From the human T2T-CHM13v2.0 reference genome, Homo sapiens, in the NCBI GenBank assembly GCA_009914755.4, contig CP068257.2, positions 11,744,001 to 11,808,000 on the forward strand: 64,000 nucleotides of DNA. The letters run 5' to 3'. Positions 41,950 to 57,720 of this stretch are shown here, one piece after another. Under the pieces are notes generated by a model. The model was not told the DNA's origin. It did no database searches and saw only the letters and a program-made list of their open reading frames with translations. Position numbers and translations under genes: made by a program. Position 1 is the stretch's first letter, and every line of letters starts with the position of its first letter.

Positions 41950-42345
41950 CATTTTTTTAAGACAGTTTTGCTCTTGTTGCCTGGGCTGGAGTGACATGAC
42001 AAGATCTTGGCTCACTGTAACCTCCGCCTCCCAGGTTCAAGTGATTCTCCTGCCTCAGTCTCCCGAGTAGCTGGGATTACAGGTGTCTGCCACCATGCTG
42101 GGTTTTTTTTGTTTTTTTGTTTTTTTTTGTTTTGTTTTGTTTTTGCATTTTTAGTAGAGACGGGGTTTCACCATGTTGGCCAGGCTGGTCTTAACTCCTG
42201 ACCTCAGATGATCCACCCCCCTCAGCCTCCCAAGAGATGGAATCTCACTATGTTGCCCAGGTTGGCCTAGAACTCCCAGGCTCAAGTGATTCTCCCACCT
42301 CAGGTTTGAGAGTGGCTGGGACAACAGGGTGCAAACCCAGATGAG
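41950..42345 (-). mobile_element. Composite antisense Alu: one Alu with expanded T-rich linker, then a second partial Alu fused at 'cctcccaag|agatgg'
   Basis: 'tttttttaagacagttttgctcttgttgcctgggctggagtgacatgacaagatcttggctcactgtaacc...ccatgctggg(T-rich ~50 bp)gcatttttagtagagacggggtttcaccatgttggccaggctggtcttaactcctgacctcagatgatccacccccctcagcctcccaagag' then 'atggaatctcactatgttgcccaggttggcctagaactcccaggctcaagtgattctcccacctcagg'. Confidence 0.8.
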
Positions 42346-42589
42346 GGTAATTTTTGTAACAAAGGGAGTTAGGAAACTTTCTATCAGAGAAACCTCAAGG
42401 CCCAGATGGTTTCACTGGCATATTTTACCAACTTACTAAAAAAAAGAATGTAACTAATTCCTAATGTCACAAGCAGACAATTACTGAAAACTGACTGCTA
42501 AAAACATGCAATTCACTTGGACACGGCCTAACGTGTATACACATATTCACATAATTACGGGCCAGAAGGTTTACTCAAAACACTTTCAG

Positions 42590-43385
42590 AGTTCTCTAGA
42601 CCTGATAAAGCTATCCTCTGAGAGAAAATAAACCTGTTAGGCAATTGCAAATTAAAACCACAATGAGGAACCACTGCATATCAACTTAAGAGGGTAAAAA
42701 TAAGATTGACCATACAAGTATTCACAAGAATGTCAACCAAAACTCTCATACCCTGCTGATGGAGATGTAAAATAATGCAGGTGCCTTGGAAAACAGTTTG
42801 GCATTTCCTTCAAAAGTTATAGATCCCAGCTATTCCATTCCCAGATATCTACTCAAGAGAAATGAAGGCCTATGTCCACACAAAAACTTGTACACAAACA
42901 TTCATAGCAGCTCTACCTGCAGCAGCCCCAGCCCCAAACTGGAAGAACCCAAATGGCTATCAACAAACAAAGGGATGAGCAAATTTTGACCCATGTATAC
43001 AACAGCGTATTAATCAACAACAAAACAGAATCTCCTACTGATACATGCAACATTGTGGATGAATTTCAAAACAATCATGTGAAGTAAAGAAGTCACAATA
43101 GTCCCTACCCCATGAAAATAGTCCACATTTAATCATATCATATGATATCATATATATGACTTTCTAGAAAATGCAAATTAAGCTAAAACGGAAAATCAGC
43201 ATGTTGCCTGAATACTGGGCAGGGTCATGAATTACAAGGGGACATGAGAAAACTTTTGGGGGTATGGATATTTCATTATCTCGGTTGCAATGAAGATGGT
43301 TTATTAGGTATGTACATGTCAAAACTGGATTTTATACTTCAAATGTTTAATTTATTACAATTACACATAGATAAAAAAATTAAGC
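42590..43385 (+). mobile_element. Old LINE-1 (L1M-type) 3' region
   Basis: 'caattgcaaattaaaaccacaatgaggaaccactgcatatcaacttaagagggtaaaaataag...gatgtaaaataatgcaggtgccttggaaaacagtttggcatttccttcaaaagttatagatcccagctattccattcccagatatctactcaagagaaatgaaggcctatgtccacacaaaaacttgtacacaaacattcatagcagc...' is an ORF2 C-terminal coding sequence. Confidence 0.65.
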
Positions 43386-44385
43386 TGACTATATCTGCAT
43401 TTGCCTAATAGGTTTATTTTGCAACACTAGAAACTGGGATTGAATTCTAAATTGTGCCACAACTTGTGCTTATACTTTTACAAACATGAATGACTATTTT
43501 ACATATCCCCTGAATTGTGTGAGTTGACCTTATATCCACATTTTTAAAATGTTTTATCCCAGTGACTTATTTACAAATATAGATGTCCATCAAGAACTAA
43601 TCAATAAAATACTATTTAAGAAGTTAAAGCAACTGATAAACTTTAATTTTAACCACAAATTTTTTTTATTAAAAAATTGCATTCACCCTTATTACCTTGA
43701 ATGTGATATAATCATAATCAGGATCTTCTGATTCTTCCTTTACTGTCACAGCTGCCACTTCCAGGGAAATGACTATAAAAGCAAATGAAATTATATGATT
43801 GCATGTCAGGGCTTTCAGCTAAACTGTGTAGCGAAATCCTCTCCATGCTCCCTATAAATACAGCAATGAATACCCATTTTAAATAAAGACTTTAAAAGTC
43901 TTTGAAAGGACAAAAGTTCACCACGTGTAGCAGAGTGTAGGAATCACCTATAGTCCCAACCGAGAAAAAGTTTTAACCATTTATTAATATTCTGCAATTA
44001 TTTGCTGCCAATTTTTTTCTCCAGCAAATTCTTATCTTTAGAATTAAAGAAAATTTAGTCACAATCCATGTTCACTGAATATTAAAACTACTATTATAAA
44101 CCACTGTTATATACATCAGTTTTAATAACTCAATATTCCAGAGTAGAGATGGTATAATTTTTGGCAATTTCAATAATGAGATACATTGATTTTTTTTTCC
44201 TCCTCATAAATCTCTTCTATTAACAAGAGGACAAAGCACACCTTTCTGCATAAAGGTTTGCCCACAATTAGGACAGGTAATTTGAAGCCACCTTTGTGGC
44301 CAGATACAGAAGAGTGCATATTGGGTAATTCCTCTCATTTGAAGGTCAAAATAGGCAAATGAAATCTTTGTTATTGAATATGTAG

Positions 44386-44694
44386 GCTGGGTGTGGTGGC
44401 TCATGCCTTCAATTCTAGTACTTTGGGAGGCCAAGGCAAGCAAATCACCTGAGGTCAGGAGTTCAAGACCAGCATGGCCAACATGGTGAAACCCCGTCTC
44501 TACTAAAAATACAAAAATGTAGCTGTGTGTGGTGGTGGGCACCTGTAGTTCCAGCTACTCGGGAGGCTGAGGCAGGAGAATGGCGTGAACCCCTAAGGCA
44601 GAGCTTGCGGGTGAGCCGAGATTGTACCACTGCACTCCAGCCGGGGCGACACAGCAAGACTGTCTCAAACAACAACAACAACAACAAAAAAAAA
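44386..44694 (+). mobile_element. Alu, full length, tail with (CAA)n
   Basis: 'ggctgggtgtggtggctcatgccttcaattctagtactttgggaggccaaggcaagcaaatcacctgaggtcaggagttcaagaccagcatggcc...gcgacacagcaagactgtctcaaacaacaacaacaacaacaaaaaaaaa'. Confidence 0.9.
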
Positions 44695-45802
44695 CTGAAA
44701 ACATTAATGTAAGCGTAGTAAACTAAGGAATAAATTTTTGTGACAATTGACAGCAGATGAGAATGACTATAGTTAACAACAATGCATTGTACATTCCAAA
44801 TTAGTTAGAAGAGAGGACTTGAAATCATAAATACTCAAGGTGATGGACACCCCAACTACTCTCACTTCATCATGACACAGATGATACATATAACAAATAT
44901 CACAGTTACCCTATAAAAACCTACAAATGTATGAACTAAAAGGTTAAATCCAAAAAAAGTCTTGTAAGTTGCAGAAAAGTAGACTGTAGCAACTGTACGT
45001 ATTTTCTTCCTTTCCTGCTATGAATGTGTTTGTATGCAGATTATGTATTTGCATATATTAACTATTCCCTTCTTCTATGCGCAGTATTTTACAGAAGTTT
45101 TATTGGAGGTTTCTTTTCCATTTGTCCATTAGACTAGAGATTACTCAAATAGGTTAGGATTGAATTAAGAGTAAGTGATACGCCTCATGACTAGATAGTC
45201 AGTCTCCCAGAGATGGGTGTGGCTGTTGGAACACTACGTCTCCTCATTTTGAGCAGATGGTAAAAACTGATTTCTTTGTAGGAAGTTGCACTCTGTTGGA
45301 TGGAACAGTTGTGCTGTTGTACAGAAAGTCAAATGTGCAGGGAAGGGTGTGTATATTTCCTGAGTAGCCAGAGGGCAGCCAGGGCTAGCCATTAAAGCTG
45401 ATGTCTCTTAGTTGCAAGCCCACCCTCTGGGTTTCTGGTGAAGCTTGAGCTCTGCACAGCAACTGGCTTTGCGTGAGTCTCTACCACAAGAACACACTAT
45501 GCGGAGACAATAGGCTAGAGAAGGGGAAGGGATCTGTGCCTTCTTTTTGTCTCCTTGTCTGCACCCTAATCCCATCAAGGTCACTCCTTGGTACCGTCAT
45601 TCAGCCTGGTGAATGAAGGCCCTCCAATAACAAGATATGTGTCTGGTTGACAATGTCTCTGACACTACCGACAGCTTCACTATGCCCCAAAGCCGCCAGT
45701 GCCAACCACACAGTATCCCACCTCCAAAGTCAAAATGAGAGTGGGTGCAGTGGCAGCCATGACCTAGATTTGTTCCTTAGACACCTTAGTGTTCTAATTT
45801 TT

Positions 45803-46050
<248 letters not shown>

Positions 46051-46477
46051 TAATAATACTTCTATGGTTTCTTGCAGCTCTCCCAAAATACATTTACATA
46101 CATAAAAGCTCATTCACATACATGCACACACACACATTATCACAGCTCTTCCCCTCTCCCCAACAATTCATTCCAGATGCCATTAGATGGTGCTAAGTGT
46201 GGCAGGTGATTGCCCCGGGAAGCACAGCAAGATGAGAAGGTTTAGGAGGAGCAAGAGAAGTTGCCAAGGGCCTGGGCAGACAGAGGCAGATGAGGGGCAG
46301 GCAAGGTGGTAACAGCCTACCAAAGAGTGTCCCATGTGAGTAAAGGACATGGGCTGAGCAGCAGGAGGCTCAATGGTGGCACTAGTACACAAGATAAATA
46401 CTGGGTAAATGATGAAATAAATCAGTAGGTTGAGAATATCTGGGTGGCATGGTTCTATGAAAGCATTGTAAATAGGA

Positions 46478-46525
46478 AAAGAAAGAAAGAAAGAAACAAA
46501 CAAACAAACAAGCAAACAAACAAAC
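46478..46525. repeat. (AAAG)n(AAAC)n simple repeat
   Basis: 'aaagaaagaaagaaacaaacaaacaaacaagcaaacaaacaaaccc'. Confidence 0.9.
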
Positions 46526-47307
46526 CCAAGCCCTGGATGTTAAGAACAGAAGCGAAGATACAGGTACGAGCTTTTGGCCTTCAACATGTGTAAGTACACA
46601 GACAAATACAGATGTAAATGTGTGCATGCACACGATGATTTTCCTTATTGTGCTGACTGTATTGTGGTTACACAGGCCAATGTCCTTGTTTGTAAAAATT
46701 ACACGTGGAAGTAGCTGAGAGATAGGGCATTGTGCTGGCAACTTACTGTCAAATAGTACAGGAAAAAGTTTATTGCACCATCTACATGGATGCTTTCTGG
46801 AGTCTTTCTGTTAGCTTGAAATTGCTTCAAACTGTAACTGATTTTATAACAAAAATTTTAAGGAATTACAGTATTATTTATCTCTCCTACATCAAGCTTT
46901 TCTCTTGTAGTCTATCTTACAGGTACTTCCATATGAATATAAACAGATCTATTACTTTGTGTTTACTGGCAACATGGATGGAATTTCCAGAATGGAACAG
47001 TAGGTTAATTATCTTTTTTATAAGGCAGCAATGGGTTAAAGAATACATGCATCTTAAAATAATAGATATTGTCAAAGTACCATGCACAAGATAGCTACAG
47101 TTTATATGCACATAAACAATGCCTCAACCTGCCTGTTTTTCCAAACCCTTTGCTAAGACTGAGCATAAGCAAAATTTACTGTCTGCCAACCTGCTAGGTG
47201 TCAAACATTTTCATTTTTAGATTGTTATCCCCACTTCTTTAATGAGATTGAGAGTTTCTTGAGTCTCTGCTCATTTATTTTGTGGTTTGCTTCTTTTAAA
47301 ACAACAT

Positions 47308-47425
47308 ATAGATGGGGTCTTCCTTTGTTGCCTAGGCTGGATTCAAACTCCTGAGTGCAAGCAATCCTCCCATCTTGGCCCTTCAATGACTGGGATTACT
47401 GGTGTAAGCCACCATGCCCAGCCTG
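47308..47425 (-). mobile_element. Alu fragment, antisense
   Basis: 'tagatggggtcttcctttgttgcctaggctggattcaaactcctgagtgcaagcaatcctcccatcttggcccttcaatgactgggattactggtgtaagccaccatgcccagcctgg'. Confidence 0.72.
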
Positions 47426-48061
47426 GATTTGTTCTTCGTAAATCAAACCCTTTGTCATTTCTTGCAAATAGCCTACCCTTTCTCTTACACGTCCTTTGAC
47501 ACATTTTAGATGGTTTAGCCATACAAAACATTTCAATTTTCAGTTAAATGTAGGCTTAGAAAACATTTCAAGAAACTGAAGTGTTTCTTTTTTCACCTGC
47601 TTTTAATCTAAAGTCTTATTATATCTGGATTTTAACATTTCTTAAAAGTAATGTCAGATTATAAATGTTTGGATTTTATTCATTTTCTAAATGATTCTGA
47701 CTGGTTTCCTACATATATAATATGACCTGCAAAAGAAGATGTGTCCTTTACTTTCTAATTATTTGCAACTAATCTGTACTGGTTTATACATCTAGGAAAC
47801 TGATGAGCAACTGGTGGGAGTGTGTATCTTTTTCATATGAAGCATGCTTCTAGTGGTTTACTATTAGACAATAATGGGTTGGCATTTGCAATAATATTCC
47901 AACCAATTATATTAAGGATTTCTGCTGCTTTTTCATGAGATACCTAGATGATACATTATTTCTAGTTAGTTCAATAATATGAGAAAATGAATTAAGATTT
48001 TTTATAAAATTATCCTGTGTTTCTGGATAAATCCTAAATCTGAAATTCACTGTAGAATATA

Positions 48062-48357
48062 AATTTTTATATTTTAGAGATAGAATCATGCTCTGTTGCC
48101 CAGGCTGGAGTGCAATGGTATAATCCTAGCTCACTTCAGCCTCCAATTCCTGGACCCAAGCGACCCTCTTGCTTCAGCCTCCTAAGTAGCTGAGACTACA
48201 GACATGCACCACCACACCTGTCTAATTTTTGTATTTTGATAGAGGTGGGGTTTTGCCATGTTGCCCAGGCTGGTCTCTAACTCCTTGGTTCCAGCAATCC
48301 ACATGCCACAGCCTGCCAAAGTGCTGAGACTATAGGCATGAGTCATCACACTGAGCC
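48062..48357 (-). mobile_element. Alu (antisense), full length, older
   Basis: 'tagagatagaatcatgctctgttgcccaggctggagtgcaatggtataatcctagctcacttcagcc...gtgctgagactataggcatgagtcatcacactgagcc'. Confidence 0.85.
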
Positions 48358-48623
48358 ATAAGATATTTTTTCAACTCATGTGAAAGCATAGTTAAAAGCC
48401 CCACAATGGCAGGATCTACAACAGTGAAAATTCAGATATAACGCAACTGACAACTGGCTCCCACCCTCTGCAAGAGGTTAAGCCCAGAGACATTGACTAT
48501 TTTTCAACAATGTAAAATTGTGTTTCATATGATTAAAATTTTGGACCCCACATATAACCTAAAGACAGGTTATATAGCTTAAAGGAACATATAAGCTATA
48601 AATCCCTTAATATACAAACTCGT

Positions 48624-48700
48624 ACCAGGCACGGTGATGCATGCTTGTAATCTTAGCACTTTGGGAGGCCAAGTTGAGTGGACTACTTGAGCCCAAGAGT
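48624..48700 (+). mobile_element. Alu fragment (5' ~75 bp)
   Basis: 'accaggcacggtgatgcatgcttgtaatcttagcactttgggaggccaagttgagtggactacttgagcccaagagttg'. Confidence 0.65.
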
Positions 48701-48704
48701 TGAT

Positions 48705-49195
48705 TTTTGAAAAAGGTTTTATGGCAAGTAAGCAGAGAAGGAATGGTCTTTTCAACAGATGCTGCTGGTACATCACATGCAAAATGGTGACTTTAAACTC
48801 TTACCTCACAATATGTGCAAAAAATAACTCACAATGGATCTTACCCCTAAACATAAGAGCTAAAACTATAAATTTCAGGAAGAAGATCTAAGTCTAAACC
48901 TTTGTGACATTAGGTTGGACAAAGATTCTTTAGATGCAACACCAAGAGCATAGTAATAAAAGGAAAACTTGAAAAACTGAATTTCACCAAAACAAAAGCT
49001 TTTGAGCAATAAGGGACTCCACCAAGAAAATGAAACAACTAGCCAGACAGAAACAGTATGTGCAGAATCTTATTTCTGATAAAAGACTTGTATCCAGAGC
49101 ATATCGAGAACTCCTGTAACTCGTAAAAGAAGAAAAACACAATTTTTAAATGGGCAGACACTTACATACACATGTCACCAAAAAAAAAAAAAAAA
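48705..49195 (+). mobile_element. Old LINE-1 (L1M-type) ORF2 fragment
   Basis: 'gctgctggtacatcacatgcaaaatggtgactttaaactcttacctcacaatatgtgcaaaaaataactcacaatggatcttacccctaaacataagagctaaaactataaatttcaggaag...' parallels L1 ORF2 ('tggatatccacatgcaaaagaatgaagttggacccctacctcacaccatatacaaaaattaactcaaaatggatcaaagacctaaatgtaagagctaaaactataaaactcttagaag'). Confidence 0.65.
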
Positions 49196-49258
49196 GTAAA
49201 ACAAAATAAAATCTTCATACCTTTGGGTTAGGCAATGGTTTCTTAAATATGAAGTCAA

Positions 49259-50940
<1,682 letters not shown>

Positions 50941-51896
50941 AGAATAAAACAAAGGTTAACAGAAAACAAAATGTGTGTGTTTATGTACATATTATTTTCC
51001 CTTTTATCCTTACATTGTGAAGAGTATTCCAATGATATTTGTTATTTCCTTTCAAAAGTCTAAAAAAAAATTGGCTCCAAAAGGTACCACTCTATCATTT
51101 TTTCTCTTCAAATGAAATGGCTAAACTTCCATAAAGGAAGCTGAAATCCTTCTCATTCTCCAAGGGCTCATGTAAATGCCCTCTTCCTCATGAAATTCTT
51201 CCTGAACTATAAAGGAATCCAACCCCTAATGAACATTCGCAGCACTTTCTCTGAACCAGTCTTACAGCAGGGATGTGAGGCTCTTGCCATGGCCATTTTA
51301 CAAACTTTTCTCCCTTCCATGAGACTCTGAGCACTCCAAAGCCATAATGCTTATACACAGTTGTGCATCCCCTCCCCACCCAAAGCTGTGCCCAAAAATG
51401 CCATGCCTATTCAGTGACATTAGGTCAATTAATTCTACTCACGATGCTTGGAAGTGGGGGCAGATCTATGATCTTATGTAGAAAACAAGTAGCTGATCTG
51501 AAAACAAAAAACAAGTGTCTACCTTTTCAGCTCAATGAACTTTTCTTGGATTATATAAATATCGAAGCAGCCCATCTGAAAATGTCTTACATCATATTCT
51601 CAAAGAAAATAAAACAGAAACCATTAAAGTGTATTAAAATCTAGCAAAACGGGATAGGAAGCCAGCCAGCTATCAAGGAAGCAAAGCAATCCCTAATCTA
51701 GAGGCTTCTTTGGCTCTAAGAAAGATCTGCAATAAAACAAAACTAATAAAACTACACGTGAATACACAAAATTAATGACAGCATAAATTTAAATGAATTG
51801 TCTTAACCAAGAATGTTTAAACTATATTAACATAAGCTGAATATTCAAATTTGTATGAATAAACCATTGATGGGCATGGAGGGAGAAAGCACCTCA

Positions 51897-52118
<222 letters not shown>

Positions 52119-52492
52119 TTAAGATTAAAAAACAAAATCATCACTACCTTATTGTGGCTTAATAAAGGCATACATGATCTTTTGTAACATGTGGTTTTAA
52201 AATTACTTAACACTACAGCACCCTATTCACATGTAAGAAGTTCTAAACCTGACACTGATCCAAAGGGCCAAAATGTAAAGTATATTAAATATCTGACTTT
52301 AAAAACTACACAAAAGGAGAGAGAAATGTCTGATTTCTTGCATTATTGTCTTTAAGATGGTCCTACTCTGGCGTATTTCTTGGGTTCCTCCTAAAAGGAA
52401 GTGGAAAGTCATCCATTCAGCTTGTGAAAATGTTGTTATATGACTGTTAAGTCAACGACATAACATAGTCTACCCTTTAGAAAACTCTATCA

Positions 52493-52690
<198 letters not shown>

Positions 52691-52780
52691 CTATTTTCTT
52701 AATATTTATTTGGCTTTTAGTAAAAATAGTTTTTCCTGTATTCCAATATTTGTGATCTGTTATACAAACAAAAAATAGGT

Positions 52781-53068
52781 CAAGTGAAGTGGCTCACACT
52801 TATAATCCCACCACCTTGGGAGGCTGAGGCAGAATTGCTTGAGCCCAGGATTTCAAGACCAGCTTGAGCAACATAGAAACAACCTATCCCTATAAAAAAA
52901 GATGAATAAAATTAGGTGTGGTGGTGCATATCTGTAGTCCTAGCTACTCTGGAGGCTGAAGCAAGAGGATTGCTTGAGTCCAGGAATTTAAGGTTACGAT
53001 GAGCTATAATTTTACCACTGCACTCCAGTCTGGGTCACAAAAAGAGACCCTGTGTTTAAAAAAAAAGT
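52781..53068 (+). mobile_element. Alu, full length, older
   Basis: 'caagtgaagtggctcacacttataatcccaccaccttgggaggctgaggcagaattgcttgagcccaggatttcaagaccagcttgagcaacatagaaacaacctatccctataaaaaaagatgaataaaattaggtgtggtggtgcatatctgtagtcctagctactctggaggctgaagcaagaggattgcttgag...gggtcacaaaaagagaccctgtgtttaaaaaaaaa'. Confidence 0.85.
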
Positions 53069-53938
53069 CAGGGGGAAGATCTTAAAGGGAGCTTTTAAGA
53101 TACAAACCTAAAATAAGAGTAATTTATTGGCTATAAATTTAAATATGGGAAGATTATCATCAGGAAACAAATTCTAGGCTTACAAAGTCCAGCACAATAA
53201 CCACTAGACACACGTGACACTTGAAATGTGGCCAGTCCAAATTCAGATGTGCTGTAAGTGAACAATACACATTGACTTTTGAAAACTCAGCACAAAAAGT
53301 ATTCCAAATATCCCATTAATAATTTTTATATTGATCAAACATCGAAATATTTTAAAGTATTACCACTAAACGATTTTCACTTGTTTCCCTGTATTTTTTA
53401 ATGTTATAAGTAGAAAGTTTTAAATCATGTGAATGACTCGCATTATATTTAGTTCTATTTAATAGCACTTCACTAAATCCCAGAAAAGGGCTCAGAATTC
53501 TCCTGAAGAATTTCTACAACTTCCTCATGAAACTATTGATTATGTTTCAGAAGAACACTATTGCAAACAAATAAAAGGTACTTGAGAATTAGGTACAAAA
53601 ACCCTTCTCCATGGTATCAAATTAGTAGCAATGTAAACAAACTATAAATACCAATAGGCGGGGACTACAACTCGCAACGAGGACAACTCCCCTAATGCTT
53701 AGTTCCAATCAGTGGAGAACCATGTAAGCCACGGAGCACAGGGAGGGGAGAATAAACACAGCTGCCCACGAGATTGTGGTATTTGTGGGTCAGAGGGCAG
53801 GTGATACACACACAAATCAAAACAGCATTATTAGTATAAAGAAACACACAATCAAGGACTTAACATTTCTCAAAATTATAATATTGGCAAAATTTAAAAA
53901 ATAGGTTACTACCATAAAGCTTGGAAGATTATAACACA

Positions 53939-53990
53939 GGTGGTGAGGGGAGGGATACGGTGGTGAGGGGAGGGACACAGTGGCGAGGAT
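53939..53990. repeat. G-rich 20-bp tandem repeat x ~2.5 with potential G-quadruplex (four G3-4 runs)
   Basis: 'ggtggtgaggggagggatac ggtggtgaggggagggacac agtggcgaggat'. Confidence 0.85.
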
Positions 53991-54545
53991 AGTTTTTTTA
54001 AGAAACTAAAAATACTACTGGGAATAGGAATTAGTGAATTAGCAAAATTTTTAACTCACTAGTAATCTGCTCAATTTAACATGAATTGAATCTAATCTGA
54101 CAACGCAAATTTAAGTTTAAAGCTTAGTGGCATACAGACATCTGTGGGAGATACTGTAGGTTCAATTCCAGACCACCACAATCATGGAAGTATAAAGTGA
54201 AGTTACACAAATGTCTTCGTTTCCCAGTGCATTTAAAAGTTATGTTGAATCTTTCTTTCACAAAAGATCTCTGGGAGGTATGATGCTATTGGATAGCATT
54301 TTACACACAGTGGAACTTCTTTCCAAATCAGAATCAATCCTCTGAAAGCCTGCCATTGCTTTATGAAGTAAATTTATGGAATATTCTAAATCTTTTGTCA
54401 TTTCAACAATATTCACGACATCTACACCAGGAGTAGATTCCATTTCAGAGACGACTTTCTTTGCTCATTGTAAGAAGCAACTCCTTATCTGTTCATGTTT
54501 GATCATGAAATTGCAGCAGTTCAGTCCCATCTGCAGGCTCCACTT

Positions 54546-54842
<297 letters not shown>

Positions 54843-55125
54843 AGCAGGCTCCACTTCTAATTCTAGTTCACATGCTATTTCCACCACATCTGCAGTTCCT
54901 TCATCCTCTAAAATCCCGAACCCCTTAAAGTCACCTATGAGAGATGGAATCAACTTCTTCCACAGTCTTGTTAATGTTAATTTTGTTCTCTTCCCATGAA
55001 TCACAAATGTTCTTAATGGCACCTAGAACAGTAAATCTTTCCCAGAAGGTTTTTAATTTACTTTGCCCAGATCCATCAGAGGAATCACTATCTCTGGCAG
55101 CTATGGCCTTACAAAATGTAATTCT

Positions 55126-55414
55126 TTCTTTTTTTGAGATGGAGTCTTGCTCTGTTGCCAGGCTGGAGTGCAGTGGTGCGATCTCGGCTCACTGGAACCT
55201 CTGACTTCCTGGTTCAAGCGATTCTCCTGCCTCAGACACCTGAGTAGCTGGGATTACAGGCACACACCACCACACCCAGCTAATTTTTGTGTTTTTAGTA
55301 GAGATGGGGTTTCACCATGTTGATCAGGCTGGTCTCGATCTCCTGACTTTGTGATCTGCCTGCCTTGGCCTCCCAAATTGCTGGGATTACAGGCATGAGA
55401 CACCACGCCTGGCC
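55126..55414 (-). mobile_element. Alu (antisense) nested in Tigger1, ~16-bp TSD 'tacaaaat(g/a)(t/c)a(a)tttctt'
   Basis: 'ttctttctttttttgagatggagtcttgctctgttgccaggctggagtgcagtggtgcgatctcggctcactgg...gggattacaggcatgagacaccacgcctggcc'. Flanks are 'ttacaaaatgtaattctttc' and 'tacaaaatacatttctt'. Confidence 0.9.
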
Positions 55415-55448
55415 TACAAAATACATTTCTTAAAGAATAAAACTTGAA

Positions 55449-55756
55449 GGCTGAGTGCAGTGGCTCACACCTGTAATCCCAAGCTCTAAAGAAGGCCAAG
55501 GTGGGCAGATTGCTTGAACCCAGAAGTTTGAAACCAGCCTAGACAACATGGAAACAAAACATCTCTACAAAAAAATCCACAAAAATTAGCCGGGCATGCT
55601 GGTATACCACCTGTGGTCCCAGCTATTCAGCAGGCTGAAGTGGGATCACCTGAGCCTAAGAAGACTGAGGCTGCAGTGAGCTGTCATTGTGCTATTACAC
55701 TCAAGCCTGAACAACAGTGAGATGACCATCTCAAAAAAGAAAATAATAATAATCAT
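55449..55756 (+). mobile_element. Alu nested in Tigger1, 34 bp from the preceding Alu, TSD 'a(a/g)acttgaa'
   Basis: 'ggctgagtgcagtggctcacacctgtaatcccaagctctaaagaaggccaaggtgggcagattgcttgaacccagaagtttgaaacc...acaacagtgagatgaccatctcaaaaaagaaaataataataatcat'. Flanks are 'aaaacttgaagg' and 'aagacttgaaa'. Confidence 0.9.
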
Positions 55757-57720
55757 AAGACTTGAAATTACTCCTAAATCCATGGGCTGCAGAATGGATG
55801 TTGCATTAGCAGGCATGAAAATGACATTCATCTCTTTGTACAACCTCCATCAGGGCTCTCAGAGGGACTGGGTGCAGTGTTAATGAGCAATAATATTTTG
55901 AAAGGAACTTTTTTTTCTGGGCAGTCAGTCTCAAAAGTAGGCTTAAAATATTCAGTGAACAATGCTATAAAGAGATATGCTGTCATCCAGGCTTTACTGT
56001 TCCACTGATAGAGCACATGCAGAGCACATTTAGCATAGCTCTTAAGGGTCCTAGAGTTTTTGGAATGGTAAATGAGCACTGGCTTCAGTTAAAGTCATCA
56101 GCTGCATTATCCCCTAACAAGAGTCTCAGCCTGTCCTTTGAAGCTTTGAAGCCAGTAATGGAATTCTCCCTAGCTAGCAAAGTCCCAGATGGCATCTTCC
56201 AATATAAAGCTGTTTTGTCTACATTAAAAATCTGTTTTTTGAGTGTAGCCATCTTCATTAATTATCTCAGCGAGATCTTCTGAAGAACTTGCAGCTCCTA
56301 CATCAAGCACTTGCTGCTTCACTTCGCACTTTTGTATTATACAGACTGTGTCTTTCTTTAAACCTTATGAGCCAACCTCTGCTAGCTTTCAGCTTTTCTT
56401 TTGCAGCTTACTCACCTCCTCTCAGCCACGACAGAATTGAAGAGAGTTAGGGCTTTGTTCTGGATTAAGCTTTGACTTACAGGAATGTTGTGGCCAGTTT
56501 GACCTTCTATCCAGACCACTCAAAGTTTCTCCATATCAGCAATAAGGCTGTTTTGCTTTTTTATCATTTGTGGGTTCACTGGAGCAGCACTTCTCATTTC
56601 CTTCGATAACTTTTCCTGTGCATTCACCACCTGGCAAACTGTTCGGCCTAGCTTTCAGCTGCCAACATGTCTTCCTCACTAAGCTTCATCATTTTTAACT
56701 TGATTTAAAGTAAGCACACTGCAACTCTTTCTTTTACATGAACACTGAGAGGCCACTGGAGGGCTGTTAACTGGCCTCATTTCAATATTGTGTCTCAGGG
56801 ACTAGGCTGGCGTTAGGAGAGGAAGTGATGGGAAACCACCTGATTGGTGGATCAGTGAGAGCACACAACATTTGCCAATGAGGTTTTCCATCTTATACAG
56901 GTGCGTTCATGGAGTCCAAAACAATTACAGCAGTAACATCAAAGCTCACTGATCGCAGGTCACCACAGCACATATAATAATCATGAAAAAGTTTGAAATA
57001 TTCTAAGAGTAACCAAATGTGACACAGAGAACCAAAGAGAGCACACGCTGTTGGAAAAATGGCACAAAAGACTTGACAAAAGATTCCCACAAATCTTCAA
57101 TTTATAAAAACTGCAGTATCTGCAGGGCTCAAAAAAATGAGTTATGCCTGTATGTATTCTGTGCCTATCGCCCTGCCTTTTTTAGTTCCCTTTCAGTGTT
57201 TCACTCAGTTAACGTGAAACCTATCGATAGTGTTAGGTTACACACAGATATGAAAACTGTCATACTGTGAAAGGCCATAAGTATTAACACCCTATAGTAA
57301 ATTTTAATACTGTGTTCCAATGTCAAATAAGCTCATTGCTCTAAACAAGGATTACAAAACCCACTGAAGATTCAGATAAGGTGATTCCACTCAGCGAGTT
57401 GAGAACTGTTTAATTCTGCATCATACTTAAACAAACTCCTTTGCACAGTGAATTTCTTGTTTTCAGTTCACCACCTTTATCTAGAACTCCGTATCTGAGT
57501 AAGAACTTTTAATCTATTCAAAATTTCTCTCCCTTCATTACCTTCTCTCTAATGCATCTCATTAATCCAGAGTGAAGCCAAGCAAGGAGCCCCGTACAAT
57601 CAACACTTGCCATTGTTCTTAACTCTTCAGTATCTACCCTGACATATCACCACTTCGGTGATTCCTTTTAAGCATTTTGAAATGTCTTCATAAACATTTC
57701 AGAAAATCATTCATAGTTTA

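Noticed and set aside
46183-46741. Overlapping 110-aa and 119-aa minus-strand ORFs in non-repeat sequence
   Set aside because: Low-complexity, Leu/Phe/Cys-rich translation spanning an (AAAG/AAAC)n simple repeat. No start context, no splice signals, and no similarity to any protein family I recognise. It is consistent with a chance ORF in AT-rich DNA.
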